Below are positions 19,722 through 30,000 of a stretch of DNA of 64,000 bases, piece after piece; within the stretch, counting starts at the first letter, position 1, and each line of letters begins with the position of its first letter. Position numbers and translations under genes: made by a program. The stretch comes from an uncultured delta proteobacterium (lineage in GTDB: Bacteria; Myxococcota; Myxococcia; Myxococcales; Anaeromyxobacteraceae): the NCBI GenBank assembly GCA_963814585.1, contig CAWFDF010000014.1, forward strand, positions 448,001 to 512,000, written 5' to 3'. Under the pieces are notes generated by a model. That model saw only the letters and a program-made list of their open reading frames with translations. It made no database searches and was not told where the DNA came from.

Positions 19722-20468
19722 ATGCTCGCCTCCTTGCTCGCGCTCCTCCTCGCCGCGCCGCCCGCCTGTGCGGCACCACCGCTCTCCGGCAAGCCGCCGT
19801 GGGACGTCGGCGAGCGGCTGCGGATGGAGCTGGCGCTGCTCGGCGCCGTCAAGGTGGGGGAGCTGCAGTTCTCGGTGGAGCGCCCCATCTCGGACGGCGC
19901 CGTCATCCCGCTGGTCTCGAAGGCCCGGAACACCGCCCGCTTCGGGCCGCTGCAGCGGCTGGTGGCGGTGGCCCTCTCCTGGGTGGACGCCCGGAGCCTT
20001 CGCCCGGAGCGGTACCGCGAGGAGTCCGACGAGGACGGGCGGCGCCGCTCCACCGACGTCCGCCTCGCGCCCCCGGGGCCCACCGTGACGCTGGAGATGC
20101 GGGACGGCGCGACCCACGGTACCGCCGCCTTCGAGCGACACGGCGAGGCGTTCGACGCCGTCTCGGCCATCTACTACCTGCGGGCGACCAGGCTGGCGGC
20201 CGGCGACCGGCTCTGCTTCGACCTGGTCGCCAACGGGAAGTACTGGCGCTTCGAAGGGGCGGTGGCGTCCGGGACCGAGCGCTTCGAGGTGCCGGCCGGA
20301 CGGTTCGAGGCGCTGCGGGTGGAGGGGACGGCGCGGCGCGCCGACGGGGCCGGGAAGCCGCGCTCGATCTGGCTCTGGTTCTCGGCCGACCAGCGCCGCC
20401 TGCCGCTGGCGGTGGTCACCGAGGTCGACCTCGGGATGGTCTCGGCCAAGCTCGAGGAGGCGCGCTGA
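19722..20468 (+). CDS. DUF3108 family exported protein
   Basis: Signal peptide; GE.L, D..SA.YYLR, E...VPAG.F.A, W.S.D.RRLP motifs. Confidence 0.8.
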   Translation: MLASLLALLLAAPPACAAPPLSGKPPWDVGERLRMELALLGAVKVGELQFSVERPISDGAVIPLVSKARNTARFGPLQRLVAVALSWVDARSLRPERYREESDEDGRRRSTDVRLAPPGPTVTLEMRDGATHGTAAFERHGEAFDAVSAIYYLRATRLAAGDRLCFDLVANGKYWRFEGAVASGTERFEVPAGRFEALRVEGTARRADGAGKPRSIWLWFSADQRRLPLAVVTEVDLGMVSAKLEEAR

Positions 20469-20502
20469 GCCTGGCGCCGGCGGCGCCCGGCACCGCCCGC
20501 CC

Positions 20503-20871
20503 TCACATCCGCGCCGCCACCTGGCCGAGCCGGCGCCTGGTGTTCACCAGCAGGTCGGCGAGATCGTCGAGCTGCTCGGCGGGCCCACCGCCGTGCGAGA
20601 GCGAGAGGAGCTGCTGCGGCGTGAGGCGCGGATCGGCCACCGCCCGCTCGATCCCCTGCACGTAGCGCTGGATGGTGCCGAGGGCCTCCCGCACCTCGCG
20701 CAGATCGTCGGCGAGGAAGTCGAGGACCACGTGCTCCCTCGCCGAGCGGCCGGACAGCCGCTGCCGCAGGGCCTCGACCGGATCGTCCTCGGGCGAGGCC
20801 ACGGGCGCCGGGCGGCGCGCCTCCGCCGGTGCCTGCTGCCGCAACGCCACCTTGCCGATCGCGATCGTCAT
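20503..20871 (-). CDS. Hypothetical alpha-helical protein (122 aa)
   Basis: ATGA overlap with the upstream gene, GGAG SD, heptad-like helical sequence. Confidence 0.65.
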   Translation of the reverse strand: MTIAIGKVALRQQAPAEARRPAPVASPEDDPVEALRQRLSGRSAREHVVLDFLADDLREVREALGTIQRYVQGIERAVADPRLTPQQLLSLSHGGGPAEQLDDLADLLVNTRRRLGQVAARM

Positions 20872-21620
20872 GGCTTCTCCCCCGCGCCGCGCGCGGTCTT
20901 TCGGGCCACCGCGGCGATGGCCGCGGCGATCCGCTCGTACCCCTGCCCCTCGTCGGCCAGCTCCTGCACGTCGCGGAGCGCCGCCGCCCTGGCCGCCTCG
21001 CCGTGGAGACCCCGCGCCTCCACCAGCGCGAGCGCCAGGGCGCGCTCGCGGGCGCCCCGCCGGGCACCCCTGGCCGCCGGCCTGGCCCGGGCCGGTGCCG
21101 GCGGAGGGCCGTCGGGCGGCGGCGCGCCGGCCGTGGCCGGGCTGGCCCGGCCGAGCAGCACCTCGTCGCCCGGGGGCTCGCCCAGCGGCTCACCGGGCCA
21201 GGCCACCTTCCAGAGGGTTCCCCGGTTGTCACGGTGCAACGGCACGACGAAGGCGCCGGCCACCAGCGCATCGAGCACGCGGAGGAGCCTGCGCTCGGAG
21301 AGCCGCAGCCTGGCCATCAGGTCCTTCTTGCCGATTCGGGCCCAGTTGCGCCCCTCGCCCCAGGAGAGCCGGATGAGCTGGAGCCAGGCGGCCTGGGCCT
21401 CGGCCTCGAGCCGCTCGCCGGCGCGGTCGAAGGCGACCAGCGGGATGGGGGCGAACGAGGAGCGGACGCGCGCGGCGCCGAGCAGCTCGCCGCGGAACGG
21501 GAGGCGCCGCAGCTCGCCGGGAGCGAGCGCCTCGGCGGCCACCTCGGCGGCGGCCAGGCGCGCGGTGGGGAGTGCGGCGCTGCCGCGGATCCCCCGGTAA
21601 TAGGCCTCGCCCTTGCCCAC
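20868..21620 (-). CDS. Hypothetical winged-helix protein, replication-initiator (lambda O)-like HTH
   Basis: LIRLSWGEGRNWARIGKKDLMARLRLSERRLLRVLDALV...GTLWKV; GGAGG SD; own promoter. Confidence 0.65.
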   Translation of the reverse strand: MGKGEAYYRGIRGSAALPTARLAAAEVAAEALAPGELRRLPFRGELLGAARVRSSFAPIPLVAFDRAGERLEAEAQAAWLQLIRLSWGEGRNWARIGKKDLMARLRLSERRLLRVLDALVAGAFVVPLHRDNRGTLWKVAWPGEPLGEPPGDEVLLGRASPATAGAPPPDGPPPAPARARPAARGARRGARERALALALVEARGLHGEAARAAALRDVQELADEGQGYERIAAAIAAVARKTARGAGEKP

Positions 21621-21655
21621 CGACCCACCTCCGCCCGTGCCGGCGCCAGGGAGTC

Positions 21656-21683
21656 AGCGTAATCGAGCGATATCGGGGGTCAA
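21656..21683 (-). promoter_or_regulatory. sigma70-type promoter TTGACC-N16-TACGCT with a CGATATCG palindrome in the spacer
   Basis: TTGACC at 21683-21678 and TACGCT at 21661-21656, upstream of the wHTH gene. Confidence 0.55.
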
Positions 21684-21693
21684 TTTCCTGGAG

Positions 21694-22212
21694 CTAGATG
21701 AGGCCGCGCGAGCGGCGGAGGAGCTCCACGGTCTTCTGGTACTCGATGTCGAAGGCGGCCGTGCCCTCCTGCAGGTGCTTGAGCCGGGCCCTCGCCTCGC
21801 GGTCGATCTCGTCGTCGACGTCGAGGTGCTTCCGGAAGATGCCGAAGACCTTCTTCCGCAGCAGGTTGTCGTCGGTGAAGACCTCCTCGACGTTCCGGGA
21901 GATCAGCAGCTGCTCGATCATCTGGCCGATGACGTGCTCGATGCCCTCGTCGCCCATGCGGAAGCCCCGCACGTCGGCCATCTCCCGCTTGACGGCGGCG
22001 AAGCGGGACTGGTCGTAGCCGCGCCGCTCCAGCGCCTCGCGAGTCGCGGCGTTCACCCGCTCCTCGAACGAGAGGTACTCCTTCATCACCGACTCCATGT
22101 CCTTCTCGGCGTCGTTGATCCGGAGGGTCTCGACCTCGACGTCCCCGTCCTGCATGAGGGTCTGGACGACCTCGCGGGCGATGGTGGGGATGACCTTGGG
22201 GTAGAGCCGCAT
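21694..22212 (-). CDS. DUF507 family protein
   Basis: MRLY.K.I..IA, VEEVF.DD..LR, DDEID.EAR..L..LQEGT..F.IEY pattern. Confidence 0.85.
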   Translation of the reverse strand: MRLYPKVIPTIAREVVQTLMQDGDVEVETLRINDAEKDMESVMKEYLSFEERVNAATREALERRGYDQSRFAAVKREMADVRGFRMGDEGIEHVIGQMIEQLLISRNVEEVFTDDNLLRKKVFGIFRKHLDVDDEIDREARARLKHLQEGTAAFDIEYQKTVELLRRSRGLI

Positions 22213-22379
22213 GTCCGTTTTCCTCGCCTCGACGGCCGCGGCCGACGCCGTGGCCGATGAGCCGGAGCGGGGACCGCGAGTGAAAGGTGAAGCCTTGTAG
22301 ACCTCGTCGCCCGGAGGGGCAAGACAAAACTAACCCTTTCCGGCTCCGTGCATGGCGAGAAAATCGCCCCCGCCCCCCG

Positions 22380-22413
22380 AAAAGCGAAGCGGCGCCCCGA
22401 TGGGGACGCCGCT
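22380..22413 (-). terminator. Intrinsic terminator after fbaB
   Basis: Minus strand AGCGGCGTCCCC-ATC-GGGGCGCCGCT followed by TCGCTTTT. Confidence 0.7.
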
Positions 22414-22446
22414 CCTGGATCGGGCCTCCCGGGCCGCCGGCGGTCG

Positions 22447-23373
22447 CTAGGCGCCGGCGTGGATCTTCATGACCTCACCGAGCAGCTTGAGCGCCTCGGC
22501 CCGAGGGCGCTGGAAGGCGTTGCGCCCCATGATCGAGCCGAACCCGCCACCCTCGGCGATGCCCCGGATCTCGGCCAGCACCTCGTCCGTCCCCTTGGCC
22601 TCGCCGCCCGAGAAGATGACGATGCGCTTCCCGTTGAAGGCGCTCTGCACCACGTGGCGCACCCGGTCGGCCAGGGTCTTGGTCGGGATCTGGTACTTCT
22701 CGTAGACCTTCTTGGCCTCGGGGTGCTCGACCAGGTCCTTGGGTGGCTTCACCTTGATGATGTGGGAGCCCAGCTGCGCGGCGATCTGGGCGGCATAGGC
22801 GGCGATGTCGACCGCGGTCTCGCCCTCCTTGGAGACGCCGGAGCCACGCGGGTAGCTCCAGGTCACCACCACCAGGCCGTGCGCCTTGGCCTCCTCGGCC
22901 AGCTCGCGCAGCTCCTCGAACTGGGTGTTCCGGGCGTCCGAGGCCGGGTAGATGGTGAAGCCGACGGCGGCGCAGCCGAGGCGCACCGCCTCCTTGACCG
23001 AGCTGGTCATCGCCGAGCAGGGCGCCCCGCCGGTCTTGGTGAGCGAGTCGGAGTTGTTGACCTTGAGGATGAGCGGGAGCTGGCCGGCGTACCTGGCCGC
23101 CACCGCCTCGATGAAGCCGAGCGGTGCCGCATAGGCGTTGCACCCGGCGTCGACGGCCAGCTGGGCGTGGTAGTCGGGATCGTAGCCGTCCGGGTTGGGT
23201 GCGAAGGAGCGGGCCGGTCCGTGCTCGAAGCCCTGGTCGACCGGGAGGATCACCAGCTTCCCGGTGCCGGCGAGCCGGCCGGTGTTGAGCAGCCGGTAGA
23301 GGTTGGCGAGGGTCCCGGGGCTGTCGGAGCCGTACCAGGAAAGGATCTGCTTCACTCGCTCGGTCATCGCCAT
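22447..23373 (-). CDS. fbaB: Class I fructose-bisphosphate aldolase (DhnA/FbaB type)
   Basis: GRLAGTG.L.ILPVDQGFEHGP, AVGFTIYP, WSYPRG, IIKVK, GGFGSIMGRNAFQR. Confidence 0.92.
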   Translation of the reverse strand: MAMTERVKQILSWYGSDSPGTLANLYRLLNTGRLAGTGKLVILPVDQGFEHGPARSFAPNPDGYDPDYHAQLAVDAGCNAYAAPLGFIEAVAARYAGQLPLILKVNNSDSLTKTGGAPCSAMTSSVKEAVRLGCAAVGFTIYPASDARNTQFEELRELAEEAKAHGLVVVTWSYPRGSGVSKEGETAVDIAAYAAQIAAQLGSHIIKVKPPKDLVEHPEAKKVYEKYQIPTKTLADRVRHVVQSAFNGKRIVIFSGGEAKGTDEVLAEIRGIAEGGGFGSIMGRNAFQRPRAEALKLLGEVMKIHAGA

Positions 23374-23464
23374 CGTGCGTGCTCCAGCGTGGGAGGTGGG
23401 CGGAATCCGGGGCGAGACGGCCCCGTGGAAAGGAAGCGCATCTTCCGGCCACGCGGCGCAGGAA

Positions 23465-26400
23465 TCAAGGGGGATCGAGGGGCGGGCCCGGCGGAGCGTC
23501 ATGCTCCTCCTCGGCCGACCGCGGCGGGGCGCGGCCCGGCTGGTGGCAGCGCGCGGCGAAGCCACACCCTTCCTCCAGGCAGCGCGCCTCGTCGCGTCCG
23601 AGCTCGGCGGGCGTGCGATCCCCGCCGCCGCTCGAGAGGTCCCGGGCCTGGACGGGTGCGGCCCGCGCCAGCGCGACCAGATCCTCCGGCGCGGGCGTCA
23701 CGTCGAGGCTGGAGAAGTCCCCGCGCAGGAACTGGAGGCGCGCCTCCACCGGGGCGCCGCCGCTGGCCCGCGAGGCGGCCAGCGCGTAGGCCGCCAGCTG
23801 GACCCGGTACCAATCCGCCGAGCCCGGGCGGGGCAGCGCGAACTTGTAGTCCAGGACCAGCAGCCGCTCGCCCCGGCGAGGTGCCACCAGCGCGTCGATG
23901 GCGCCGTCGAGGTAGCAGCCGGGCAGCCCGTGCCCCGCGTCACCGTCCAGGCGAAGCAGGAACGGGAGCTCGCGGCGGAGCCGGCCCTCCACCGCCGCCT
24001 CGGAGAGCGCCAGCCCCGGCGCCGAGCCGAGGAAGCGGGTCACCTCGTCGCGGATCCGGACCACGCCCCCGTCGTCTGGATCGTAGCCGCGCCGCGCCGC
24101 CACCGCCGCCAGCTGGGCCCGCCGCTCCAGCGGCGGGGCCGCCAGGTCGACCTCGGCCAGCATGGCGTGGGCCAGCGTGCCTCGCGAGGTGGCCCGGGCC
24201 GGATCGTCGTCGGTGGCGCCGCCGTGCAGCCCGGCCGGCTCCACCAGCCCGAGCACGCTCATCAGGTGGTGGCGGCGCGGGCAGCGGGCGAACTCGGCCA
24301 GCTCGGTCACCGCCAGGCGGATGGGCGCGGGAGGCACCGGCGCGGCGAGCCTGGGCGGCGCCAGGTCCACGGCGCCCGGCGGCGCGACGGCGGCCGGCGC
24401 CTCGAGCGGCGGACCTTGCCTGGCCACCGCCGCCTCGGCGAGCGGGATCCGCAGGAGCCGCCCGGCGTCGGCTCCGACCGAGGACTCCAGCAGGCCGCGC
24501 CACCCCGGGAAGGTGCGCGACCCGTCCTTCCTCGGCCGGCCCTCGCCGGAGAGGACCAGCAGGTCGCGGGCCCGGGTGAGCGCCACGTAGAGGAGCCGGC
24601 GCGACTCGGCCTCGCCGGCCCTCCTGGCCTCGTGGCGCGCCGCCTCCAGCGACGGCGTCCGGACGAACTCGGCCGACGCGACGTCGAACCAGTCGGCGCA
24701 GAGGCTGCCGCCGGAGTCGATGCGGGCCCGCCCGGCGTCGCTCCGCGCCGGCGCCGCCAGGTCGGGGAGGAGGACGACCGGCCACTCCAGCCCCTTGGCG
24801 GCGTGGATGGAGAGGAGCGTCACCGCGTCGGCGGCGTCGAGGTCGGCCTCCGGCTCGCGCGGCGGCCGGCCCGCGAGCCACCGCAGCCGGGCCGCCAGCT
24901 CGGCGGCCGTGCCGCCCCGCTCGCCGAAGCTCCGGGCCAGCGTGAGCGCCTTCTCGAGGTTGGCCCGGCGCCGCTCTCCGTCGGGACCGGCCGCCAGCGC
25001 CACGTCGAGATCGAGCGCCTCCACGGCGCGGCGGAGCAGGTCGCCGGGCGGCAGCCGGTCCCGGAGGGGCCGGAGCGACCGCCACGCCGCCAGGAACCGG
25101 TCGAGCCGGCGCCGCTCGCCGCCGGCCATGGCGAGCCCGTCCAGCCGGGTCCTGGTGGCGGCGTGGAGCGAGGCCAGCGGAAGCCCCGACAGGAGCAGCA
25201 GGGTCGAGTCGGAGACGGCACAGAGCGGCGAGCGGAGCAGCGCCGCCCAGGCCAGCTCGTCGCCCGGGTCGGTGAGGCTGGCCAGCAGCTCGCCGAGGTC
25301 GCGCACCTCCGGCGCCTGGTGGAAGGCGCCGCGAGCCAGCCTCACCGGGACGCCGGCGGCCCGCAGCGCGCGCTCGTAGACGCCGAGGGCGGTGGTGCGG
25401 CGGAGGAGGATGGCCACGTCCGAGTACCGAGGCCGCCGAGGCCGCTCCAGCAGGTCGCTCCCCCGCTCCATCACCGGCACCCCGGCCTGCCCGGAGACCA
25501 GCGCCTGGATCCGGGCCGCCAGGGCCTCCGCCTCCCGGGTGCGCCGCTCGGCCCCGCTCCCCGGGCCGCCGTCGTCGAGGAGCTCGGCGGCCCGCGCCGG
25601 CGCCGCGGGGCGCCGGGCGATCAGCCGGTCCGCCGGCCCGAAGGCGATCTCGAACGGCCGCGGCGCCTCGCCGGGCGGCGGCTGGAGCACCTGGTGGGAG
25701 ACCTGGTTGACCAGCTCGACCACCGCCGGCGTGGAGCGGTGGTTGTCGGTGAGGTGCAGCACCCGGCCGGCGCCGGCGCCGAACCGCTCCACCACGCCGG
25801 CGAACACGCCCACGTCGGCGCCGCGGAAGCCGTAGATCGACTGCTTCAGGTCGCCCACCGCCACCGCGACGGGGCCGGGCGGCAGGCCCTCGCGCGGCGC
25901 GGTGAGCAGCTCGAAGATGGCCTGCTGGACGCCGTTGACGTCCTGGTACTCGTCCACCAGCAGGGCCCGCAGCCGCCCGCGCAGCTCGGCGAGGACGGCC
26001 GGGTTCCCCGCCAGCAGGTCGCGGGTGGCCGTGAGCAGGCCGTCGAAGTCGAGCCCGCGCACCGCCCGGCAGGCCTCGGCGTAGCGCCGCTCGGCCTCGC
26101 CCACCAGCCTGGCCAGCTCCTCGCGCTGGGGGAGCCCGTGGGCCTCGGCGGCCAGCGCCGGCAGCGCCCGCCCCTGCGCCTCGAGGGCCTCGCAGGCGGC
26201 CTTGAGCCGCTCCATCCCCCGGCCTCGCGCCCCCGGCCTCGCCGCCGCGCCGAGCGCAGCCAGCCGCGCCAGCGCCGCCGGCGTCGGCGGCCCCAGCCGA
26301 TCTCCGTCCTCGACCACCTCGAGGGCCCGCGCCACGCGCTCCACCACCGCCTCCGCCGTGGCCGTCCGCGCCTCGGCGCGCGCCGCCACCACCTCGCCGG

Positions 26401-27040
26401 CGGCCTCGAGCAGGGCCCGCCTCGCCGCCTCGACCGCCGCTCCCGACCCCTCGGCCACCGGCTGCCGGCCGCGGAGCCCTCGAACCGACCGCTCGCCGAC
26501 CAGCGCCGCCACCAGCGAGGTGAGCTCGCCGGCCCCGAGCCCGGCACACAGCGCGAGGGCGTCCGGGCGCCGGGCGTCGAGCGCCGCCACCACGGCGCCT
26601 CTCGACGCCTCCTCGAGGATCGGCGGCGCGCTCGACTCGTCGAGCACGTCGAACTCGGGGTCGAGCCCGGCCTCCAGCGCCCGCTCGCGCAGCAGCCGCC
26701 CGCAGAAGTTGTGGATGGTGCCAATCGCCATCCGGTCGAGGCCGCGCCGCCGCTCGGTCCAGGCCGCCGCCTCCGGCCCGCCGGCGGCGCGACGCGCCCG
26801 CCGCGCCACCGACGCCCGCAGCCGCTCCACCAGCTCGGCGGCCGCCTTCTCGGTGAAGGTGATGGCGGCCACCTCGCCGGGATCGAGCGGCGTCCCGGTG
26901 GCCTCGCCGGAGAGCAGCCGGACGCAGAGCTCGACCAGCGCCGTGGTCTTGCCGGAGCCGGCGCCGGCCGAGACGGCGGTGGCGCCCTGCAGGTCGAAGA
27001 GCGCCCGCGCCGCCTCGGGCCAGGTCGGCTCCCAGCTCAC
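23465..27040 (-). CDS. addA: AddA-type UvrD helicase with C-terminal PD-(D/E)XK nuclease
   Basis: AGAGSGKT, ITFTEKAA, TIH.FC, VDEYQD, VGD.KQSIYGFRGA, SIHAAKGLEW, LYVALTRA, G.ID...DYK...Q. Confidence 0.9.
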   Translation of the reverse strand: MSWEPTWPEAARALFDLQGATAVSAGAGSGKTTALVELCVRLLSGEATGTPLDPGEVAAITFTEKAAAELVERLRASVARRARRAAGGPEAAAWTERRRGLDRMAIGTIHNFCGRLLRERALEAGLDPEFDVLDESSAPPILEEASRGAVVAALDARRPDALALCAGLGAGELTSLVAALVGERSVRGLRGRQPVAEGSGAAVEAARRALLEAAGEVVAARAEARTATAEAVVERVARALEVVEDGDRLGPPTPAALARLAALGAAARPGARGRGMERLKAACEALEAQGRALPALAAEAHGLPQREELARLVGEAERRYAEACRAVRGLDFDGLLTATRDLLAGNPAVLAELRGRLRALLVDEYQDVNGVQQAIFELLTAPREGLPPGPVAVAVGDLKQSIYGFRGADVGVFAGVVERFGAGAGRVLHLTDNHRSTPAVVELVNQVSHQVLQPPPGEAPRPFEIAFGPADRLIARRPAAPARAAELLDDGGPGSGAERRTREAEALAARIQALVSGQAGVPVMERGSDLLERPRRPRYSDVAILLRRTTALGVYERALRAAGVPVRLARGAFHQAPEVRDLGELLASLTDPGDELAWAALLRSPLCAVSDSTLLLLSGLPLASLHAATRTRLDGLAMAGGERRRLDRFLAAWRSLRPLRDRLPPGDLLRRAVEALDLDVALAAGPDGERRRANLEKALTLARSFGERGGTAAELAARLRWLAGRPPREPEADLDAADAVTLLSIHAAKGLEWPVVLLPDLAAPARSDAGRARIDSGGSLCADWFDVASAEFVRTPSLEAARHEARRAGEAESRRLLYVALTRARDLLVLSGEGRPRKDGSRTFPGWRGLLESSVGADAGRLLRIPLAEAAVARQGPPLEAPAAVAPPGAVDLAPPRLAAPVPPAPIRLAVTELAEFARCPRRHHLMSVLGLVEPAGLHGGATDDDPARATSRGTLAHAMLAEVDLAAPPLERRAQLAAVAARRGYDPDDGGVVRIRDEVTRFLGSAPGLALSEAAVEGRLRRELPFLLRLDGDAGHGLPGCYLDGAIDALVAPRRGERLLVLDYKFALPRPGSADWYRVQLAAYALAASRASGGAPVEARLQFLRGDFSSLDVTPAPEDLVALARAAPVQARDLSSGGGDRTPAELGRDEARCLEEGCGFAARCHQPGRAPPRSAEEEHDAPPGPPLDPP

Positions 27041-30000
27041 GGGGTCCCCTCCCCGTCGGGGTCGCCCAGCAGCGCGGCCTCTCCCTCGAACCGGCAGACG
27101 GCACCGAACTCGCAGCGCTGGCAGTCCCGGCTGGCGATCGGCAGCGTCCCGCGCCGGACCCGCCGGACCGCCTCCACGACGCTCCGGGCCAGCGCCGGCT
27201 CGTCCGGCCGGCCCACCACCGGCTCGAGCTGCTCGGCGCTGCGCAGCAGCAGGTACGTGGCGGCCGGCATCCGGCCCGGCAGCGCCCGCTCGGCCGCCAG
27301 CAGGTAGAGCGGCACCTGGAAGCTGGTGACGCCGAAGGCCTCGGGCGCCAGCAGCTTCTGGTGGCGGCCGGCGTCGTTGCCGCTCTTGTAGTCGATCACC
27401 AGCAGCCGCCCCGGAGCCGCGTCGACCCGGTCGATCCGACCCTGCAGCCGGACCCTCTCCCCATCGGCCGACAGCTCCAGCGGCGGGATCGGCGACTGGC
27501 CGCCGAACTGGTGCTCGAGCAGCGTGGGCGTGAGACCGCCGCCTCGGCTCGCCTCGGACTCGACCACCCGTGTCAGCCGGGCCAGCGTCGCCTCGCGCCG
27601 CGAGGCCCAGACCGCCGGGTCGCCCACCTTGCCGTGGCGCTCGAACTCGCCGAAGACGGCCAGCGCCACCTCGCGGGCCTCGGCCCGGGCGGCCGGCCCG
27701 GCGGCCGGCGGCCAGGCGCCTCGCTCGGCGCGCCCCCTCACCCAGCGCTCCAGCACGGCGTGGAGCAGGCGCCCCTCGTCGCGGGCGTCGATGTCGAGAC
27801 CGGCCTCCGCCGCCTCGCGCAGCCCCGCCCCGGTGGTGAGCAGGAACCGGAAGGGGCAGCGGGCCAGGTTCTCGAGCTGGTGCGCCGACCACTCGGACGG
27901 GAGCTCCCCGGCCAGTCGCTCCAGCCCTGGCCCGGAGATGGCCCCGGCCCAGGGTGACGGCCGGCCAGACAGCACCGCCTCGCGCCGCTCCCGCTCGATG
28001 GCGCCGATCGCCAGCGCCTCGCTGGCCCGCTCCGCCAGACCCACCCCGGCCAGCGCCGCGACCGCGTCCTGCGCGCCTCCAGCCCGCGCCAGCCCGGCGG
28101 CCGCCAGCAGGGCTTCACGATCCGTGCGAGACCCGGCGAGCGACGGCGCCGGCGCCGGATCCGGCAGGGCCACCCCGGCCTCCTCCAGCGCCTGCGCCAG
28201 CAGCGGCGAGGGTTCGCCGCCGCCGGACGGGCCCGGACCGGGCCAGAGCACCGCCAGCCGCTCCCGCCCGGCCGCCACGGCGCAGGCGGCCTGGTGGAAG
28301 GCCTCGGCGCGCCGGACCGCGGCGGTGGCCAGCGCGCCGCGTCGCAGCAGCCCGTTCAAGGCCTGCCGCTCCGGCTCCCGGAGCAGCGGCTCGGCCGCGG
28401 CGGGTGCCGGCACCGCGCCGGCGACGCAGCCGACCAGGATGGCCGCCCGCGCCAATCGCCCCGGGGCCTCGGAGAAGGCCGTGAGCTCGACGGCCTCGCC
28501 GCAGGGCTCGCGCCCGCCCCGGAGCGCGGCCCGGTCGACCGCCAGCGTCAGCAGCTGCCGCCAGGTCACGGCGGCGAGCCGCTCGCCGCTCCGCCCCAGC
28601 ATGGTGAGGGCGCGCACCAGGTGGTCGGCCGTCTCCTCGAGCGCCGAGAGCGCGGCCAGGTCGCGGCTGGCGCCCGCGGCCTCGCCCTGTCCCGCCTGGC
28701 GTCGCAGCCCCGACCCTTCGAGGAAGGCGGTGAGGCGGGAGGCGTGGCCCGCCGCCGTGGCGTCGCCGGAGAGCGGCCGCAGCCGCGCCACCAGCGAGGC
28801 CAGGCCGTCGGCGGCGCGCCCCAGCGCCTCCCGCTCCCGGCTGGCCCAGGGGCCGCCGAGCGCCTCGGCGCGGCGCCGCAGGCGCGCCTCGGGGTCGCCT
28901 CGCCCGTCGAGCGCCCCGGCGGCGTCGAGCCACCGGCCCAGCCGAGGTCCCAGCCCCGAGGTGACGAGGTAGGTGGAGCCGGCCAGCCGCTCCAGGGTCC
29001 GACAATCCCGGGCGCCCCCCGCCACGCCCAGCGCAGCCAGCACCACGGCCACCGGAGGCGAGTCGGCGAGCGCGCCGGAGCGCCCGCTGGCGAAAGGCAC
29101 CCCCTCGGCGGCGAAGGCGGCGGCCAGGAGCGGGGCCGAGCGGCGCGGCGCTGGCGCGAAGACCACCACCTCCGACGGCGGGACCCCGCCGGCGACGAAG
29201 GCCGCCGCCGTCCGCGCCGCCAGCGCCGCCTCGCCTGCCTCGCCGGCGCCCGCCAGGGCCAGCAGCTCCCCCTCGACGGCCGCGCCGCCGGCGGGCGATC
29301 CGGAGAGCGCCGCCAGCAGCGCCGACGGCCGCGCCGCCCGCGCCGGATCGTCGACGCGGGAGAGCGACACCTCGAGCTCCCGCCGGCCGGAGAGCTCGTG
29401 CAGCGCCTCGACCCGGCGCAGCAGCGGCTCGGCGGCGCTCGAGAGGGCCGGGGCGTCGGCGAAGAGCGGGAGCTGGAAGCGGGTCCGTCGCGCCCGGGCG
29501 GCCAGCGCCTCCAGCAGCGACCACTCGCCGGGCGGGAGCGTGGTGAAGCCGTCGAGGAGCAGGAGCTCGAGCTCTCCGCCATCGTCGACGCCCACGCCGC
29601 GGCGGACCGCCTCCGCGGCGGCCCGCGCCGCGCCCGGCCCGTCCAGCACGCCGAGCCGGGCGAGCCGGGCCTCGAAGGCGTCCAGCGCGCGGGCCAGGGC
29701 GCCGAGCCGCTCGGCGGCGGCCCCGGGCAGCGAGCCCGCCGCCAGGCGCGCCGCGCCGGACGGCACCTCGCCCCGCCGCAGCTCGGAGAGGGTGGCGGCC
29801 AGGGCCCCGGCCAGGCCGCTGCCGGGCTGGAGCCCGGCCAGCGGTCCGCCCGCCTCGTTCCCCGCCTCGACCGCCAGCAGCCGCTCGCCGAGCGGGGTCA
29901 GGACGGCGCGCCGGTCGCCCGCCGACGCCAGGAGCCGGCTGGCCAGCGCGTCGAGGGTGGTGACGGTGGGGCCGAAGAGCAGCCCCCCGCCCGCGTCGCA

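Noticed and set aside
23303..27307. Very long antisense or alternate-frame ORFs (also 57049-61305, 46094-49351, 30508-33756)
   Set aside because: Expected in very GC-rich DNA with few stop codons; Arg/Gly/Pro-rich, motif-free and opposite well-supported genes
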